Shown: positions 19,050-31,542, counted from the stretch's first letter. The stretch: DNA of 41,155 nt from Betaproteobacteria bacterium (GCA_007280315.1 QYQC01000064.1:1-41155); one strand, 5' to 3'. The notes: a model not told the origin generated them from the sequence alone. Program-made: numbers and translations.

Positions 19050-19235
19050 TTACTTCGAAAATAACAACAGCAGCAAACCCGCGATCATCGAGGTCAGTCC
19101 GAAGAAACGGATCTGACCGTCGCTGAACTTGGTGATGCGGCGAAAGGTTTCGCGCCACTGCGCCGGGAACAGGAACGGCAGGATGCCCTCGATCACCAGC
19201 ATCAGCGCAAACGCCATCAGGAACGTGCTCGCCAT
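19050..19235 (-). CDS. DUF2065 (YjeT-like) small membrane protein
   Basis: LMLVIEGILPFLFP.QWR, DGQIRFFGL; conserved position after hflC. Confidence 0.88.
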   Translation of the reverse strand: MASTFLMAFALMLVIEGILPFLFPAQWRETFRRITKFSDGQIRFFGLTSMIAGLLLLLFSK

Positions 19236-19255
19236 TCCGGGCACTCCGCTAAACG

Positions 19256-20134
19256 CTACTTGCTTCCTTTGCCCGGACTCTTAAGGTACTTGAAGAACTC
19301 CGAGTTGGGTTCCAGCACCAGCACATCACTGCGGTCCTTGAAACTCGACCGGTAGGCTTCGAGGCTGCGATAGAACGCGTAAAACTCCGGATTCTGTCCA
19401 TACGCCTGCGCGTAGGCCGCGGCCGCCTTGGCATCGCCCTCGCCCTTGGTGCGCTGCGCTTCCTTGTAGGCATTCGCAATGATCACCTCGCGCTCCTTGT
19501 CCGCTTCGGCGCGGATGCGTTCAGCCTGGCTCGAACCCTCCGAACGCAGCTGGTTGGCCACGCTCTTGCGTTCGGCGTCCATGCGCTTGTACACCGATTC
19601 GCTCACCTCCTGCGGCAGATCGACCCGTTTCAGGCGCACGTCGATGATCTCGACCCCGATTTTCTTCGCATCCTGGTTGGCCCGATCACGTACGTTCTTC
19701 ATGATCTCGTCGCGGTCCTCGGATACGACTTCGTGCACCGTGCGCTTGCCCACCTCCTCGCGCAGCGTCGCGTTGACGGTCTGCGAAATGCGCGTCTGCG
19801 CCTGCACCTCGTCGCCGACGCTGATGTAGTACTGGCGCGCGTCGTTGATTTTCCATTTGACGAACGTATCCACCAGCAGGTTCTTCTTTTCCGAGGTGAT
19901 ATAGCGCTCGGCGTCCGGTGTATCCAGCGTGAGGATGCGCGCATCGAAGTAGCGCACGTTCTGGATGAACGGCCACTTGAAATGCAGCCCGGGCGTGGTG
20001 ATGACTTCCTTTACCTCACCCAGTTGGAACACGATGGCACGCTCGCGCTGATCCACGGTGAACAGCGCCATGCTCGCCAGCATCACCATACCCAGCAGGG
20101 CCGCAACAACGACTCCCATGCGATTGTTCATCAT
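19256..20134 (-). CDS. hflC: FtsH modulator HflC
   Basis: N-terminal TM, SPFH domain, DVRLKRVDLP, GEGDAKAA, EFYAFYRSLEAY. Confidence 0.96.
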   Translation of the reverse strand: MMNNRMGVVVAALLGMVMLASMALFTVDQRERAIVFQLGEVKEVITTPGLHFKWPFIQNVRYFDARILTLDTPDAERYITSEKKNLLVDTFVKWKINDARQYYISVGDEVQAQTRISQTVNATLREEVGKRTVHEVVSEDRDEIMKNVRDRANQDAKKIGVEIIDVRLKRVDLPQEVSESVYKRMDAERKSVANQLRSEGSSQAERIRAEADKEREVIIANAYKEAQRTKGEGDAKAAAAYAQAYGQNPEFYAFYRSLEAYRSSFKDRSDVLVLEPNSEFFKYLKSPGKGSK

Positions 20135-21315
20135 GGCCGGCTCTCTCTCTGTCTGTCGCGCAGCGCGTCGCGCGAGCGCGCCGCGGAATTCGGATTTGCC
20201 GTCGGTTCGACCAGCGACTGACCGGAGGGCGACGAACCCTCGGCCAACGCCCCTGCCGACATCTGCATGATCTTGTCCAGCGGCAGGTAGAGCAGGTTGC
20301 CGCCGCTCTTCGCGTCGAGCAGTATTTTGCTGGTGCTGCTCATAATCTGCTGCACCGTCTCGATGTACATGCGATCGCGCATCACCTGCGGCGCCTTGTT
20401 GTATTCGGCAAGCACCTGCTTGAAGCGGCTCGCTTCGCCCTCGGCGTTGGCCAGCACGCGCTGGCGATAGCCCTGCGCCTCTTCGGTCAGGCGCGAGGCG
20501 GCGCCGCGCGCCTTGGGTACAACGTCGTTGAAATAGGCCTGGCCCTCGTTCTTCTGCCGTTCCAGGTCCTGCTTGGCCTTGACTGCGTCGTCGAACGCGG
20601 CCTGCACCTGCTCCGGCGGCTGCGCGTTTTGCATGGTCACCCGGCTGATCAGGATGCCGGTTTTATAGCGATCGAGAATATCCTGGATCAGTTTCTGCGC
20701 ATCGGTCGCCACCTGTTCGCGTCCCTCGTACAACACGAAGTCCATTTTGCTCGCGCCTACGACCTCGCGAAATGCAGTCTCCGCCGCCTGCAGTACGGTG
20801 TCATCGGGCCGCTTGTTGTTGAACAGGTAGTCCAGCGGATCCTTCAGTGTGTACTGCACGGCAAACTGGATATCGATAATGTTCTCGTCGTCGGTGAGCA
20901 TGATCGATTCCTTCAGCACCTTGGTCTTGACGGTGTTGCGATAGCCGATTTCCACGGTGCGCACCGAGGACAAATTCACGATCTCGTGCGACTGGAACGG
21001 AAACGGCACGCGCCAGCGCAGGCCCGGGCTGCTGAGTTCGGAGTACTTGCCGAACGTAAACACCACGCCGCGCGCTTTCTCATCCACGGTGTAAAAGCCG
21101 CTCGCCAGCCACACCACCAGCACGAGCGCGACCAGAACACCCGCGCCGCCGCCGATCTGGCGCATGCTTGGCGGCTTGACCGACGCTCCGCCGCCCCCGC
21201 CTCTTCCGCCGAACATGCCGTTCAGCTTCTGATTGAAGTTGCGCCACAACTCGTCCAAGTCCGGCGGTCCGTTGCCCCCGCCTTTCTTGCCCCATTGCGG
21301 GTCGTTAAGTGACAT
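20131..21315 (-). CDS. hflK: FtsH modulator HflK
   Basis: GPPDLDELW, MLTDDENI, QPPEQVQAAFDDA, NLLYLPLDK. Confidence 0.96.
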   Translation of the reverse strand: MSLNDPQWGKKGGGNGPPDLDELWRNFNQKLNGMFGGRGGGGGASVKPPSMRQIGGGAGVLVALVLVVWLASGFYTVDEKARGVVFTFGKYSELSSPGLRWRVPFPFQSHEIVNLSSVRTVEIGYRNTVKTKVLKESIMLTDDENIIDIQFAVQYTLKDPLDYLFNNKRPDDTVLQAAETAFREVVGASKMDFVLYEGREQVATDAQKLIQDILDRYKTGILISRVTMQNAQPPEQVQAAFDDAVKAKQDLERQKNEGQAYFNDVVPKARGAASRLTEEAQGYRQRVLANAEGEASRFKQVLAEYNKAPQVMRDRMYIETVQQIMSSTSKILLDAKSGGNLLYLPLDKIMQMSAGALAEGSSPSGQSLVEPTANPNSAARSRDALRDRQRESRP

Positions 21316-22456
21316 AGGAATCCTTATGATGAAGCTCCGCTTCCAGGTTGGTTGTTGCGGACTTTTTTGCGGCCGCGATTTCGGCCAGTGCAGTCCTGAG
21401 AAAATCCATGCCGTCGCCGGTCTTGGCGCTCAAACTGACACGGCATATTTTACCATACTCATCACGCTCCAAACCCGGCAATACTGGCGTCAGGTCGGTC
21501 TTGTTCCACACCAGCACCTGCGGGATGCCCTCTGCTCCAATCTCGGCCAGCACCGCGTTGACCGCCACTATCTGCGCTTCACGCACGCCGCTCGATGCGT
21601 CGACTACGTGCAGCAGCAGATCGGCATGGATGGTTTCCTCCAGCGTGGCGCGAAATGACGCAACCAGACCGTGCGGCAGATCGCGGATAAAGCCGACGGT
21701 ATCGGACAACACCAGATTGCCCGCACCTTCAACGTACATGCGCCGCGTCGTGGTATCGAGCGTGGCGAACAACTGGTCGGCAGTGTAGCTGTCGGCATGG
21801 GTGAGCGCATTGAACAGCGTGGATTTTCCCGCATTGGTGTAACCGACCAGAGAAACCGATAGGACGTCGCCGCGCACCCGCGCACGTCGCTGCACATCGC
21901 GTCGGCGCTTGAACTGAACCAGTTTGTCCTTGAGCACCTTGACGCGGTTGCCGATCAGCCGCCGGTCGACCTCGATCTGTGTCTCACCCATGCCACCGAG
22001 AAAACCGCGACCACCGCGCTGGCGTTCAAGGTGGGTCCAGCCGCGCACCAGACGCGTGGAGGCGTACTCCAGTTGCGCCAGTTCGACCTGCAGCTTGCCC
22101 TCGTGGCTGCGCGCGCGTCGGGCGAAGATGCCGAGGATCAGCCCGGTGCGGTCGAGCACCGGGCAGTCAAGCTTCTTCTCCAGGTTGCGTTGCTGCGCCG
22201 GCGACAGTTCGTGGTTGAAAACGGTCACCACCGCGTTCTGCTCGCGCACCGCGGCGGCGATTTCCTCGACCTTGCCCGAACCCGCATAAAGCGCCGGATC
22301 AGGCCGCTGCCGCTTGCCCTGGATCAGCGCACTTGGCTTGAGCCCCGCGCTCTCGACCAGCAGGCGCAGCTCGTCCAGGCTTTCGCTGTAGCCGCCGGCG
22401 TTGAAATCCAATCCGACCAGCACCGCCGCGTTGGCGCGCCCGCGCTGCTCAGACAT
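21305..22456 (-). CDS. hflX: Ribosome-splitting GTPase HflX
   Basis: GYTNAGKST, LFATLDTT, DTVGF, NKTD. Confidence 0.96.
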   Translation of the reverse strand: MSEQRGRANAAVLVGLDFNAGGYSESLDELRLLVESAGLKPSALIQGKRQRPDPALYAGSGKVEEIAAAVREQNAVVTVFNHELSPAQQRNLEKKLDCPVLDRTGLILGIFARRARSHEGKLQVELAQLEYASTRLVRGWTHLERQRGGRGFLGGMGETQIEVDRRLIGNRVKVLKDKLVQFKRRRDVQRRARVRGDVLSVSLVGYTNAGKSTLFNALTHADSYTADQLFATLDTTTRRMYVEGAGNLVLSDTVGFIRDLPHGLVASFRATLEETIHADLLLHVVDASSGVREAQIVAVNAVLAEIGAEGIPQVLVWNKTDLTPVLPGLERDEYGKICRVSLSAKTGDGMDFLRTALAEIAAAKKSATTNLEAELHHKDSYVT

Positions 22457-22488
22457 CGCGCGCGCCGGCGGCAGCGGGCCGACTGGTC

Positions 22489-22731
22489 TCAGCTTTCGGA
22501 AGCAGGGTGATCGTAGGAAATGGTGACCGCGCGCGCCGGCACGACGGTGGAGATCGCGTGCTTGTAGACCATCTGTGTGACGGTGTTTTTAAGCAGGACA
22601 ACATACTGGTCGAAGGATTCCACCTGGCCTTGCAACTTGATGCCATTGACCAGATAGATCGAGACCGGCACGTGCTCTTTGCGCAGCGTGTTAAGAAACG
22701 GGTCTTGTAACAACTGCCCTTTAGCGCTCAT
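22489..22731 (-). CDS. hfq: RNA chaperone Hfq
   Basis: [35 protein letters not shown]. Confidence 0.98.
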   Translation of the reverse strand: MSAKGQLLQDPFLNTLRKEHVPVSIYLVNGIKLQGQVESFDQYVVLLKNTVTQMVYKHAISTVVPARAVTISYDHPASES

Positions 22732-22819
22732 CGTGCCTCCCACAGCTTTGTTGTTGAACTGCCACTGTAATTGATTTTTCGGTCATTTTCCACCGTTGCT
22801 TGCATATTGGGGAGTGTTA

Positions 22820-24142
22820 TTACTTTTTCAAGTAGGGATTGCTCGAAGTCTTGAACTGCACTTTCAGAGGTGTGCCCTGAAGCGAGAATTCCTCGCGAAA
22901 CCGTCCCTCCAGATAGCGGCGGTAGCTCTCCGGCACTGCGCCAAGCGCGTTGCCATGAATGACAATCAGGGGTGGATTCATGCCGCCCTGATGGGCGTAA
23001 CGCAACTTGGGCCGCGTCAATCCCTTGCGCGGCGGCTGCTGGCGCTCGACCGCTTCGATCAGCACCCGCGTCAGACGCGGGGTCGACAGTTTGGTCATGG
23101 CCGCGCGGTAAGCGTCGTCGATGGACGGCAGCAAACCCGACATGCCGCTGCCCTGCAGTGCAGAAATGAAATGCTGGCGCGCAAACCCGAGAAAACCGAG
23201 TTTGCGTACCAGATCGCGTTTGACGCATTCGCGCCGGTAATCGTCCAGGTCGTCCCATTTGTTGACCGCCACCACCAGCGCGCGCCCCTTCTCCACCACG
23301 TAGCCGGCGATATGCGCATCCTGATCGGAAATCTCGGCCTGCGCATCCAGCACCAGTACCACGACGTTTGCCTGGTCCACCGACTGCAGCGTCTTGATCA
23401 CGGAAAACTTCTCCACCGACTCGAACACCTGGCCGCGGCGGCGCAGGCCGGCGGTATCGATCAGGGTATAGCTTCTGCCGTCGCGTTCGAACGGGACTTC
23501 GATGCTGTCGCGCGTCGTGCCCGGCTGGTCGAAGGCAATGACCCGATTCTCGCCCAACAGGGTATTGATCAGCGTCGACTTGCCGACGTTGGGACGGCCG
23601 ATAATGGCAATGCGCGGATGATTCGCGAGGAGCGGTTCTTCAGGTTCGCGCTCAAAACCGGCAAGCGCCAGATCGACCAGATCGTTGACGCCTTCGCCGT
23701 GCGCGGCAGAGATGGCGTAAGGCTCGCCCAGCGCGAGTTCGTGGAATTCGGCCGTGACGACGCCGGTATTCATGCCCTCCGCCTTGTTCACGCTAAGCAA
23801 CACCGGCCGTCCGGTTTTGCGCAGTAAGGCGGCAATATTGCGGTCCTGTGGCGCCAGCCCCTGGCGCACATCGACCATGAACAGAATCACGTCGGCCTCG
23901 GCGATCGCCTGCAGCGTCTGCTTCGCCATTTCATGCAGAATGCCCTCCTTCGCCACCGGTTCGAAACCACCGGTGTCGACGACGAGGAAGGGCCGGTCCC
24001 CGACACGACCTTCGCCATAGTGACGATCACGCGTCAAACCGGGCATGTCGGCCACCAGCGCGTCGCGACTGCGCGTGAGCCGGTTGAACAGCGTGGACTT
24101 GCCGACATTGGGCCGGCCGACGATGACTATGGTCGGTTTCAT
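22820..24142 (-). CDS. der: Ribosome biogenesis GTPase Der/EngA
   Basis: Two [10 protein letters not shown]-domains and a C-terminal KH-like domain. Confidence 0.97.
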   Translation of the reverse strand: MKPTIVIVGRPNVGKSTLFNRLTRSRDALVADMPGLTRDRHYGEGRVGDRPFLVVDTGGFEPVAKEGILHEMAKQTLQAIAEADVILFMVDVRQGLAPQDRNIAALLRKTGRPVLLSVNKAEGMNTGVVTAEFHELALGEPYAISAAHGEGVNDLVDLALAGFEREPEEPLLANHPRIAIIGRPNVGKSTLINTLLGENRVIAFDQPGTTRDSIEVPFERDGRSYTLIDTAGLRRRGQVFESVEKFSVIKTLQSVDQANVVVLVLDAQAEISDQDAHIAGYVVEKGRALVVAVNKWDDLDDYRRECVKRDLVRKLGFLGFARQHFISALQGSGMSGLLPSIDDAYRAAMTKLSTPRLTRVLIEAVERQQPPRKGLTRPKLRYAHQGGMNPPLIVIHGNALGAVPESYRRYLEGRFREEFSLQGTPLKVQFKTSSNPYLKK

Positions 24143-24235
24143 GCGTGCGGGGTCAGTCGCTCAGGCGCAGAGCCCGAACGGGAGTTACGATTTCTCCGTT
24201 TCGGATACCCGGCGTTTTCGCGCAGAGCGAGCTTT

Positions 24236-25426
24236 CTATTGCGAATTGAAGGCATACAGCCCGCCATTGCGGGTCTGTACCAGGAAGCCGCCGTCGGGCA
24301 GGCTGACCGGGTTGGTGCTGACCGGGCTGCCGTCGGTCGCAACGCGGCCGACGAAGGCGCCCGAATCGCGCGCGAGGAAATGCACATAGCCCTGAATGTC
24401 CGCGACCACGATCTGGTGTCCGAGCGCAAGCGGCGCCGACAGATTGCGCAGGCTCAGTTTGTCCTGCCGCCACAGGCTGGTGCCGCTGCTGCGATCGAGC
24501 GCCTGGACCGCGCCTTTTTCGTCGCTGACGAAGGCGTAACGGGCATCCAGAGTCAGCCCGGACGTGCTCGACATCTCGCGCCCCCAGAGAGCCTGGCCGT
24601 TGGTGAGGTCAAAGCAGCCTATCCGGCCCTGATAGGCAACCGCACAGACCTCGCGCCCGGCGACCACGGGCAATCCGATTACATCGGTGACGCGCTCCAG
24701 TTCTGTGGTGCCGCGGGGCAGCGCAACGGTGGCTTCCCAGCGCAGCGCACCGTTGGACAAATCGATCGCTACCAATTTGCCGCCGGCGAATCCGGCGTAG
24801 ACCACGCCGTCGGATATGGTTATGCCGACCGGCGAGCGCACCGTCAGCGCGGGCGTGGATCGCTGGTAATACCAACGGCGTTTGCCGTCGTTCGCGTTCA
24901 GTCCGAAAATACGACCGTCGGCGCTGCGCACCACCACCACGCCCTGCGCCACTTGCGGCGCCGCCAACACTTCGCTGCTTACCTGCGTTTTCCAGATTGC
25001 CGTGCCGCTGCTATCGAATGCGAGCACCTCGCCCTTGCCGCTTCCCACCGCCACCAGCCCCGGCCCGGCGCCGACACCGCCGGTCAATGACTCCCCGGCG
25101 TTGATGCGCCAAAGTTGTTTGCCGCTGGCCGCATCCAGACGCGAAATCGTGCCGTCGTATGCCGCCGCGTACACGCTGCCCTCCGCCGTGGCCGGGCTGA
25201 ATATCGCCCGTTGCGAACTGCCTACATTCGCCTGCCACAACGTGTTTACTTTGACCGATTGCTCCAGCGCGGGCAGTGGCGCCATCTGCGCTGCGGCACT
25301 GGTGCTGCCAAACCAGTTCATCGGATTGATCGTGTCGACGGCGTTGGCGAACATGCGGCCTCCGCCGCAGCCGGCAAGCATGAGTGCTGCGCTCAACAGG
25401 GCGACGCGTGCGGTTGCGCGCATCAT
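24236..25426 (-). CDS. bamB: Outer membrane assembly lipoprotein BamB
   Basis: Lipobox LAGC, PQQ-like beta-propeller repeats, ELER motif; between yfgM and der. Confidence 0.92.
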   Translation of the reverse strand: MMRATARVALLSAALMLAGCGGGRMFANAVDTINPMNWFGSTSAAAQMAPLPALEQSVKVNTLWQANVGSSQRAIFSPATAEGSVYAAAYDGTISRLDAASGKQLWRINAGESLTGGVGAGPGLVAVGSGKGEVLAFDSSGTAIWKTQVSSEVLAAPQVAQGVVVVRSADGRIFGLNANDGKRRWYYQRSTPALTVRSPVGITISDGVVYAGFAGGKLVAIDLSNGALRWEATVALPRGTTELERVTDVIGLPVVAGREVCAVAYQGRIGCFDLTNGQALWGREMSSTSGLTLDARYAFVSDEKGAVQALDRSSGTSLWRQDKLSLRNLSAPLALGHQIVVADIQGYVHFLARDSGAFVGRVATDGSPVSTNPVSLPDGGFLVQTRNGGLYAFNSQ

Positions 25427-26064
25427 TTGGCCGCTCCCAGCGCATCCAGGCGCAGCTGAATCGACCCGCGCAACGCGGCGTCCTTTGCGTCCGCCTTGTC
25501 CAGCGCGGACTGATAGGCGCCGCGCGCCTCCTCTTTCTTGCCCTGGGCAACGAGCACATCGGCGCGGGACGCCAGAAAAAGCGAGTCGAACGCGGCCCCG
25601 TGCTTGGCATCGAGCACCTTCAGCGCGTCTTCGTACGCCTTTTCATCGAGCATCACGCTGGCCAGCCGCAGGCGCGCGATGTCCTGCATCCCTTCGTCCC
25701 TGGCGTTCTCGGCCACCCAGGCGAGTTGCGCGCTTGCAGTTTTCAGCTCGCCCCCCTGAAAGTGCGCTTTCGCCGAAACCAGCGCTGCCATCGCGGCGTA
25801 GGAAGTACGCGGATAGCCTTCGAGGATTGCGCCGGCCGTTTCGCGTACCTGCTTCAGGTCGCCGTCGCGCGCTGCTTTCTGCACCGCATCGTACAAACCG
25901 GAAGCCTGGACCGCCTGGTTGCGCTGGTAGTAATTCCAGCCCTGCCATGCTGCGAGCACGACGAGCACCAGGCTTGCAATCGTTACTATCAGACCGCCGT
26001 TTTCCTGCCACCACGCTTTCAGCGCGGCGAGTTGTTCTTGTTCTTCCAGATCGTATGCAGCCAT
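25423..26064 (-). CDS. yfgM: YfgM family TPR membrane protein
   Basis: YDLEEQEQL..LKAWW, single TM, ARLRLA. Confidence 0.9.
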   Translation of the reverse strand: MAAYDLEEQEQLAALKAWWQENGGLIVTIASLVLVVLAAWQGWNYYQRNQAVQASGLYDAVQKAARDGDLKQVRETAGAILEGYPRTSYAAMAALVSAKAHFQGGELKTASAQLAWVAENARDEGMQDIARLRLASVMLDEKAYEDALKVLDAKHGAAFDSLFLASRADVLVAQGKKEEARGAYQSALDKADAKDAALRGSIQLRLDALGAAK

Positions 26065-26151
26065 GGTTCTAGTCCCTAAACAAAATGCGGGGATAACTCC
26101 CCTCATGCGCGCCTAAATCAGAGGCCATTTCGGTAATGCTGAAACGGCCTT

Positions 26152-27432
26152 CTACTCATCTTCCAAAAACAACAAATTGGTTACGGTGTCGGGCAGCGTA
26201 GCGCGCGCCACCCGCAGCTGCTCGCGCTCCTGGCGTAGGTGCTTCACGCTCGCCTGGTCGCTGGCAGCCTCGTCTTCACCCAGGATTACGGCGAGTATGG
26301 CGCCGCTCGCATCGGCTTTCTTCATCTGTGCCTTGAAATTCCCGCCGCCGCAGTGCTGCAACACCGACAGGCCGTGGTTGCGCAGTTCTTCGGCCACGCC
26401 AAATGCCATGCGGTCGGCCGCACTGCCCTGATGCACGACATAGACCTCGCATTGCGCCGCAGGTTCCGCTGCGCGCGCTTCCTGCATCAGCGCCAACAGT
26501 CGCTCCAGCCCCATGGCAAAACCGCAGGCCGGCGTCGGTTTGCCGCCGATTTGTTCGAACAGTCCGTCGTAGCGCCCGCCGCCGCATACCGTGCCCTGGG
26601 CGCCGAGGCGATCGGTGACCCACTCGAACACGGTTAGATTGTAGTAGTCCAGACCGCGCACCAGCCGCGGGTTGATGCTGAAATGGATGCCGGCGTCTTT
26701 CAGCACCTGCTGCACGCCGTCGAAATGCGCCAGCGAGGCATCGCCCAGGTGCTCGAGCAGTCGCGGCGCGGCCTCGATCAGCGGCTGCATCGACGGGTTC
26801 TTGCTATCGAGCACGCGCAGGGGATTGGTGTGCAGCCGACGCTTGGAATCGGCGTCGAGGCTTTCCTCATGTGCCTGCAAGTAGCGCACCAACTCGACCC
26901 GGTGGCGTGCACGCTCCTCCGGGCTGCCGATCGAATTGAGTTGCAGCTTGATGCCCTCCAGGCCGAGGTCGTCCCACAGCCGCGCGCACATCAGCAGCAA
27001 CTCGGCGTCCACGTCCGGTCCGGCGTAGCCCAGTGCTTCGGCGCCGACCTGGTAGAACTGGCGGTAGCGGCCCTTCTGTGGCCGTTCGTGCCGGAACATG
27101 GGTCCCATGTAGTACAGGCGCTGCGGACTGCCATAGAGCAGATTGTGCTGAATCGCCGCACGCACGGTGGATGCCGTGGCTTCGGGCCGCAGCGTCAGCG
27201 CTTCCCCGTTGAGTTCGTCGACGAAACTGTACATCTCCCGTTCGACGATGTCGGTGGTCTCGCCGATGGCTCGGCGAAACAATGCCGTCGGCTCGAGCAC
27301 CGGCGTGCGCAGGTTGCGATAGCCGTAGCTGCGCAGCCAGGAACGCAGCATTTCCTCCAACGCCTCCCAATGCGCTGCCTCCTCGGGAAGGATGTCGTTC
27401 ATGCCGCGGACGGCTTGTATGGCGTTGCTCAT
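26152..27432 (-). CDS. hisS: Histidine--tRNA ligase
   Basis: [44 protein letters not shown]. Confidence 0.97.
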   Translation of the reverse strand: MSNAIQAVRGMNDILPEEAAHWEALEEMLRSWLRSYGYRNLRTPVLEPTALFRRAIGETTDIVEREMYSFVDELNGEALTLRPEATASTVRAAIQHNLLYGSPQRLYYMGPMFRHERPQKGRYRQFYQVGAEALGYAGPDVDAELLLMCARLWDDLGLEGIKLQLNSIGSPEERARHRVELVRYLQAHEESLDADSKRRLHTNPLRVLDSKNPSMQPLIEAAPRLLEHLGDASLAHFDGVQQVLKDAGIHFSINPRLVRGLDYYNLTVFEWVTDRLGAQGTVCGGGRYDGLFEQIGGKPTPACGFAMGLERLLALMQEARAAEPAAQCEVYVVHQGSAADRMAFGVAEELRNHGLSVLQHCGGGNFKAQMKKADASGAILAVILGEDEAASDQASVKHLRQEREQLRVARATLPDTVTNLLFLEDE

Positions 27433-27455
27433 CTTCGGATTCGGAATTGCAGGGC

Positions 27456-28733
27456 CTAGACCGCGGCTTTGATCGGAATAGTCGTGGTTCTCCTGGCGCC
27501 GACGCCGCCGGTGCCGCCCGAACCATAATGGCTGCGCACGTAATCGTCCACGATCTTCTGAAAATCGCCGGCAATGGTATCGCCCTTAAGCGTCACCGTC
27601 TTCTCCCCGTCGACGAATACCGGTGCGACCGGCCGTTCGCCCGAACCCGGAAGGCTGATGCCGATATTGGCCTGCTTCGATTCGCCCGGTCCGTTCACCA
27701 CGCAGCCCATTACCGCCACGTGCATGTCTTCGACGCCCGGAAACTCGGCGCGCCACAACGGCATCTGGCTGCGCAGGTAGGCCTGGATACCGGCGGCAAG
27801 CTCCTGAAAATAGGTGCTGGTGGTGCGGCCGCATCCGGGGCAGCTGATGACCATGGGCGCAAACGAGCGCAGACCCATGGTCTGCAGTATTTCCTGCGCC
27901 ACCACGACTTCGCGCGTGCGATCACCGCCGGGTTCGGGCGTGAGCGAGATGCGGATGGTGTCGCCTATGCCTTCCTGCAACAACACCGACAGTGCCGCGG
28001 TCGAGGCGACGATGCCTTTCGATCCCATGCCGGCTTCGGTCAGACCCAGATGCAGCGCGTAGTCGCAGCGCGACGCCAGTTCCCGATAGACCAGGATCAG
28101 ATCCTGCACACCGCTCACTTTGCACGAGAGGACGATGCGGTCCGCAGGAAGGCCCCATTGTTGCGCCTGCGCCGCCGATTCCAGCGCTGATACCACCAGC
28201 GCCTCGCGCATCACCGCCTCCGCCGCCAGCGGCTGCGCCTTGGCGGCGTTCTCATCCATCAGACGCGCAAGCAGTTCCTGGTCCAGACTGCCCCAGTTGA
28301 CGCCGATCCGCACCGGCTTGCCGTAGCGACACGCCATTTCGATCATGGTCGCAAATTGCTCGTCGCGCCTGGAGCCTTTACCCACATTCCCCGGGTTGAT
28401 GCGGTACTTGGCCAGCGCCTCGGCGCACTCGGGATATTGGCTCAGCAGGCGATGCCCGTTAAAGTGAAAATCCCCCACCAGCGGCACGCCGCAGTCACGG
28501 CGCTCAAGTTCGTCGCGGATGCGCGCGACCTGCGCCGCTGCCTCCGCCGTATTGACGGTGATGCGCACCAATTCGGAACCCGCGCGCGCCAGGTCATAGA
28601 CCTGCTGCGCCGTGGCGGCGGCGTCGGCGGTATCGGTATTGGTCATGGATTGCACCACGATGGGCGCGCCTCCGCCGATGGCGACACCACCAATGCGCAC
28701 CGCGCGCGTCATGTTTCGAATATTGGCGGTCAT
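27456..28733 (-). CDS. ispG: HMBPP synthase (GcpE)
   Basis: [39 protein letters not shown]. Confidence 0.97.
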   Translation of the reverse strand: MTANIRNMTRAVRIGGVAIGGGAPIVVQSMTNTDTADAAATAQQVYDLARAGSELVRITVNTAEAAAQVARIRDELERRDCGVPLVGDFHFNGHRLLSQYPECAEALAKYRINPGNVGKGSRRDEQFATMIEMACRYGKPVRIGVNWGSLDQELLARLMDENAAKAQPLAAEAVMREALVVSALESAAQAQQWGLPADRIVLSCKVSGVQDLILVYRELASRCDYALHLGLTEAGMGSKGIVASTAALSVLLQEGIGDTIRISLTPEPGGDRTREVVVAQEILQTMGLRSFAPMVISCPGCGRTTSTYFQELAAGIQAYLRSQMPLWRAEFPGVEDMHVAVMGCVVNGPGESKQANIGISLPGSGERPVAPVFVDGEKTVTLKGDTIAGDFQKIVDDYVRSHYGSGGTGGVGARRTTTIPIKAAV

Positions 28734-28738
28734 AGCAA

Positions 28739-29602
28739 CTATTCGAGCGTCAGGCGCGCGACATCAACCTTGAAATGAGGCCGAAGATCGACTGGGGCGT
28801 CGTTGTACTTGAGACGCACTTTGGCAGCGTTGCCGATCACCACGTCGAACGGGGGCATGCCTTCGATCAACTGCCTGGAGCCGGCTGGATTGAGTTGCGA
28901 CAGCAATATTTTTCCGGTCGCCTGCTTGATTTGGACCCAGGATTGTTGATCGAATTCGAGTTCGATGCGGTTCCGGCCGCTAACGCTGCCTTTGACCGCG
29001 CCAACCGGTGCTGCTTCCGGCTCGCGCGATTCTGCCGCGCGCACTTCGCCCGCTTCCACAGCCGCGGGAACGCTTGCCGGCGCGGGCGCCGCAGGCGCAG
29101 GCATCGGCGCGGATGCGGACGCAGGAACGGGCGTGACGTCGCCTGCGTCACCTTGCGCCGACCTGGGTACGATAGTCACTATCTCCCCCGTATCCAGCGG
29201 ATTTATCCACCACTCAAAGGCCACCGCGGCCACCGCGACCAGGGCAGCAAGGGACAGAAAGACGTAGATGCGGTTAGATTTCTTGCCCCCTTCGACAAAA
29301 GGCTCCTGCCCGCTGGTGCGCAGATCGACGGTGATGGGGGCGGGAATATCGCGCCGCCCCAGATCGACAAGCAGCGGCGCCGAATCGATATGCACCAGCC
29401 TGGCATAGCTGCGTATCATGCCGCGCACAAACGTTGTGCCCGGCAATTTCGCATAATCGTCAGCCTCGATCGCGGCGATCTGCTTGACCCCGTACTTGAT
29501 CTGCTGCGACACGTCGGCCACGCTGAGCTTGAGCGCCTCGCGCGCGTCCGCCAGCGCCCGCCCCGGGCTTGACTGCTCCGCCGTTGGTGGCGCTTCGCTC
29601 AT
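28739..29602 (-). CDS. rodZ: Cytoskeleton protein RodZ-like
   Basis: N-terminal HTH ([12 protein letters not shown]), TM, Ala/Pro linker, C-terminal domain (SWVQI, VVIGNA). Confidence 0.88.
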   Translation of the reverse strand: MSEAPPTAEQSSPGRALADAREALKLSVADVSQQIKYGVKQIAAIEADDYAKLPGTTFVRGMIRSYARLVHIDSAPLLVDLGRRDIPAPITVDLRTSGQEPFVEGGKKSNRIYVFLSLAALVAVAAVAFEWWINPLDTGEIVTIVPRSAQGDAGDVTPVPASASAPMPAPAAPAPASVPAAVEAGEVRAAESREPEAAPVGAVKGSVSGRNRIELEFDQQSWVQIKQATGKILLSQLNPAGSRQLIEGMPPFDVVIGNAAKVRLKYNDAPVDLRPHFKVDVARLTLE

Positions 29603-30402
29603 TCAAATTGGCCCTTGAGCAGGTCCTGATATTCGGGCGAGCCGGCGAAGCGCCGCCGCAGTTGCACCGAGAGGGAGTTTTCGGCCGACTTGTCGCCCAG
29701 CTTGCGCTCGATGCGCAATGCCAGCCACAGCGATTCGGCCGTCGGTTCAACCAGCTTGTTGAAACGCCCGACCAGGCCGCGCGCGACTTCCAGCTGACCG
29801 CGCTTGTACTGAATCGACGCCAGGTTGAGCAGCGCCAGCAGGTTGTCCGGTTCACTGCGCAGTGCGCGCTCGAAAAAATCGATGGCATCGCGCTCGCCGT
29901 TCCTCCCGAGCGAGCACAATCCGGCGTTGACGTACGATCGCGCCGGCGAGCTGTACAGCGGGTTCTTCAGCGCCGCGAGAAAATAGGCGATGGATTTTTC
30001 CTCGCGCCCGCTGCGGCACAGAAACCAGCCGTAGTTGTTGTTGATGTCCGGATCATTCGGCGCCAGGGCGAGCGCGCGCTCGAAATGCCGCTGCGCGACG
30101 TCGTTCTCGCGCAAATCCATGTGCACCAGGCCGAGTACGTTATATGCCGACGCATAATCCGGATCGGCGGCGATCGCGATGCGCAATTCTTCCAGCGCCA
30201 CACCCATGTTTCCGCGCTCGAAATAGGCCGACGCGAGTTCGGTATGAATGCGCGCGCGATTACGTGGATTACCGACATCACCGCTCAGTGTGCCGGTTTC
30301 CACCGTGTTCGCCTGTGTCCCGGAGGATAGCGGGTTCTGCGCGCAGCCGGCCAGGGCGCCTGCGATGATGACCGTGACGGTCAGGACGGACATTTTCAGC
30401 AT
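29599..30402 (-). CDS. pilW: Type IV pilus biogenesis/stability TPR lipoprotein PilW (PilF)
   Basis: Lipobox [13 protein letters not shown], TPRs; between rlmN and rodZ. Confidence 0.9.
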   Translation of the reverse strand: MLKMSVLTVTVIIAGALAGCAQNPLSSGTQANTVETGTLSGDVGNPRNRARIHTELASAYFERGNMGVALEELRIAIAADPDYASAYNVLGLVHMDLRENDVAQRHFERALALAPNDPDINNNYGWFLCRSGREEKSIAYFLAALKNPLYSSPARSYVNAGLCSLGRNGERDAIDFFERALRSEPDNLLALLNLASIQYKRGQLEVARGLVGRFNKLVEPTAESLWLALRIERKLGDKSAENSLSVQLRRRFAGSPEYQDLLKGQFE

Positions 30403-31529
30403 GGCTGTATCTCCACCACACGGCGCGTGCGCCGTGTCTTGTCTTCCACCCGGCCGGCGAGTTGTCCGCAGGCGGCGTCGATGTCATCGCCGCGCGTCTT
30501 GCGCGTTGTCACGACCAGCCCGGCGGCGAGCAAAGTCTCGGCAAAGCGGCGGATGGTTTCGCGCGGCGAGCGCTTGAAACCGGATTTCGGAAACGGATTA
30601 AACGGAATCAGGTTGAACTTGCACGGCACGTCGCGCACCAGATCGATGAGTTGTCGCGCATGTTCCGCGCCGTCATTGACGCCATCGAGCATGACGTATT
30701 CGAAGGTGACGAAATCGCGCGGCGCTTTGTCCAGGTAGCGCCGGCACGCGGCGAGCAGCGCCGCGAGCGGATACTTGCGGTTGATCGGCACCAGCACATC
30801 GCGCAGCGTGTCGTTGGGCGCGTGCAAGGAAACAGCCAGCGCGACCGGACAGGCCTCGCCCAGACGGTCGATCGCCGGCACGATGCCCGCGGTGGACAGC
30901 GTCACCCGCCGGCGCGAAAGTCCATAGGCGTTATCGTCCAGCATCAGGCGCATCGCGGCGACCACATTGTCGAAATTCGCCAGGGGCTCGCCCATACCCA
31001 TCATCACCACGTTGCTGATCAGTCGCTCGCCCCTGGGCGCGGCGCCCTGGTCCGATGCGGCGTCCGGCGCTGGGGTCGCGCCGACATCGCGCGCCAGCGC
31101 GCGCGAAGCGATCCAGAGCTGGCCGATGATCTCGGCGGTACTCAGATTGCGGTTGAATCCCTGCTTGCCGGTGGAGCAGAATTTGCAGTCGAGCGCACAA
31201 CCCGCCTGCGAGGACACGCACAAGGTGCCGCGATTGGCCTCGGGAATGAACACGCTTTCGACCGCGTTGTCCTTGCCGACGTCGATCAGCCATTTGCGCG
31301 TGCCATCGGCGGCCGTGGTGTCTGAAACAACCTGCGGCGCCCAGATGCTGGCGTGCGCGGCGAGTTTTTCCCGCAGCGGCTTGGCCAGATCGCTCATTTT
31401 CGAAAAGTCCGCCTCCCCGCGCTGGTGCATCCAGCGCAGCAGCTGCTTTGCGCGAAACGGTTTTTCGCCGATTTCAGCGAAAAAATCGGTCAGCTGCGCC
31501 GCATCGAAGTTGAGGAGGTTGGGATTCAC
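30396..31529 (-). CDS. rlmN: 23S rRNA m2A2503 radical-SAM methyltransferase
   Basis: [35 protein letters not shown]. Confidence 0.97.
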   Translation of the reverse strand: MNPNLLNFDAAQLTDFFAEIGEKPFRAKQLLRWMHQRGEADFSKMSDLAKPLREKLAAHASIWAPQVVSDTTAADGTRKWLIDVGKDNAVESVFIPEANRGTLCVSSQAGCALDCKFCSTGKQGFNRNLSTAEIIGQLWIASRALARDVGATPAPDAASDQGAAPRGERLISNVVMMGMGEPLANFDNVVAAMRLMLDDNAYGLSRRRVTLSTAGIVPAIDRLGEACPVALAVSLHAPNDTLRDVLVPINRKYPLAALLAACRRYLDKAPRDFVTFEYVMLDGVNDGAEHARQLIDLVRDVPCKFNLIPFNPFPKSGFKRSPRETIRRFAETLLAAGLVVTTRKTRGDDIDAACGQLAGRVEDKTRRTRRVVEIQPC

Positions 31530-31542
31530 AGGCGTTCTGGAT

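Noticed and set aside
26122-26150. Hairpin between hisS and yfgM; similar ones near 24174-24204 and 15518-15535
   Set aside because: No similarity to the A/B family and no clear U-tract; probably ordinary mRNA-stabilising or weak terminator hairpins
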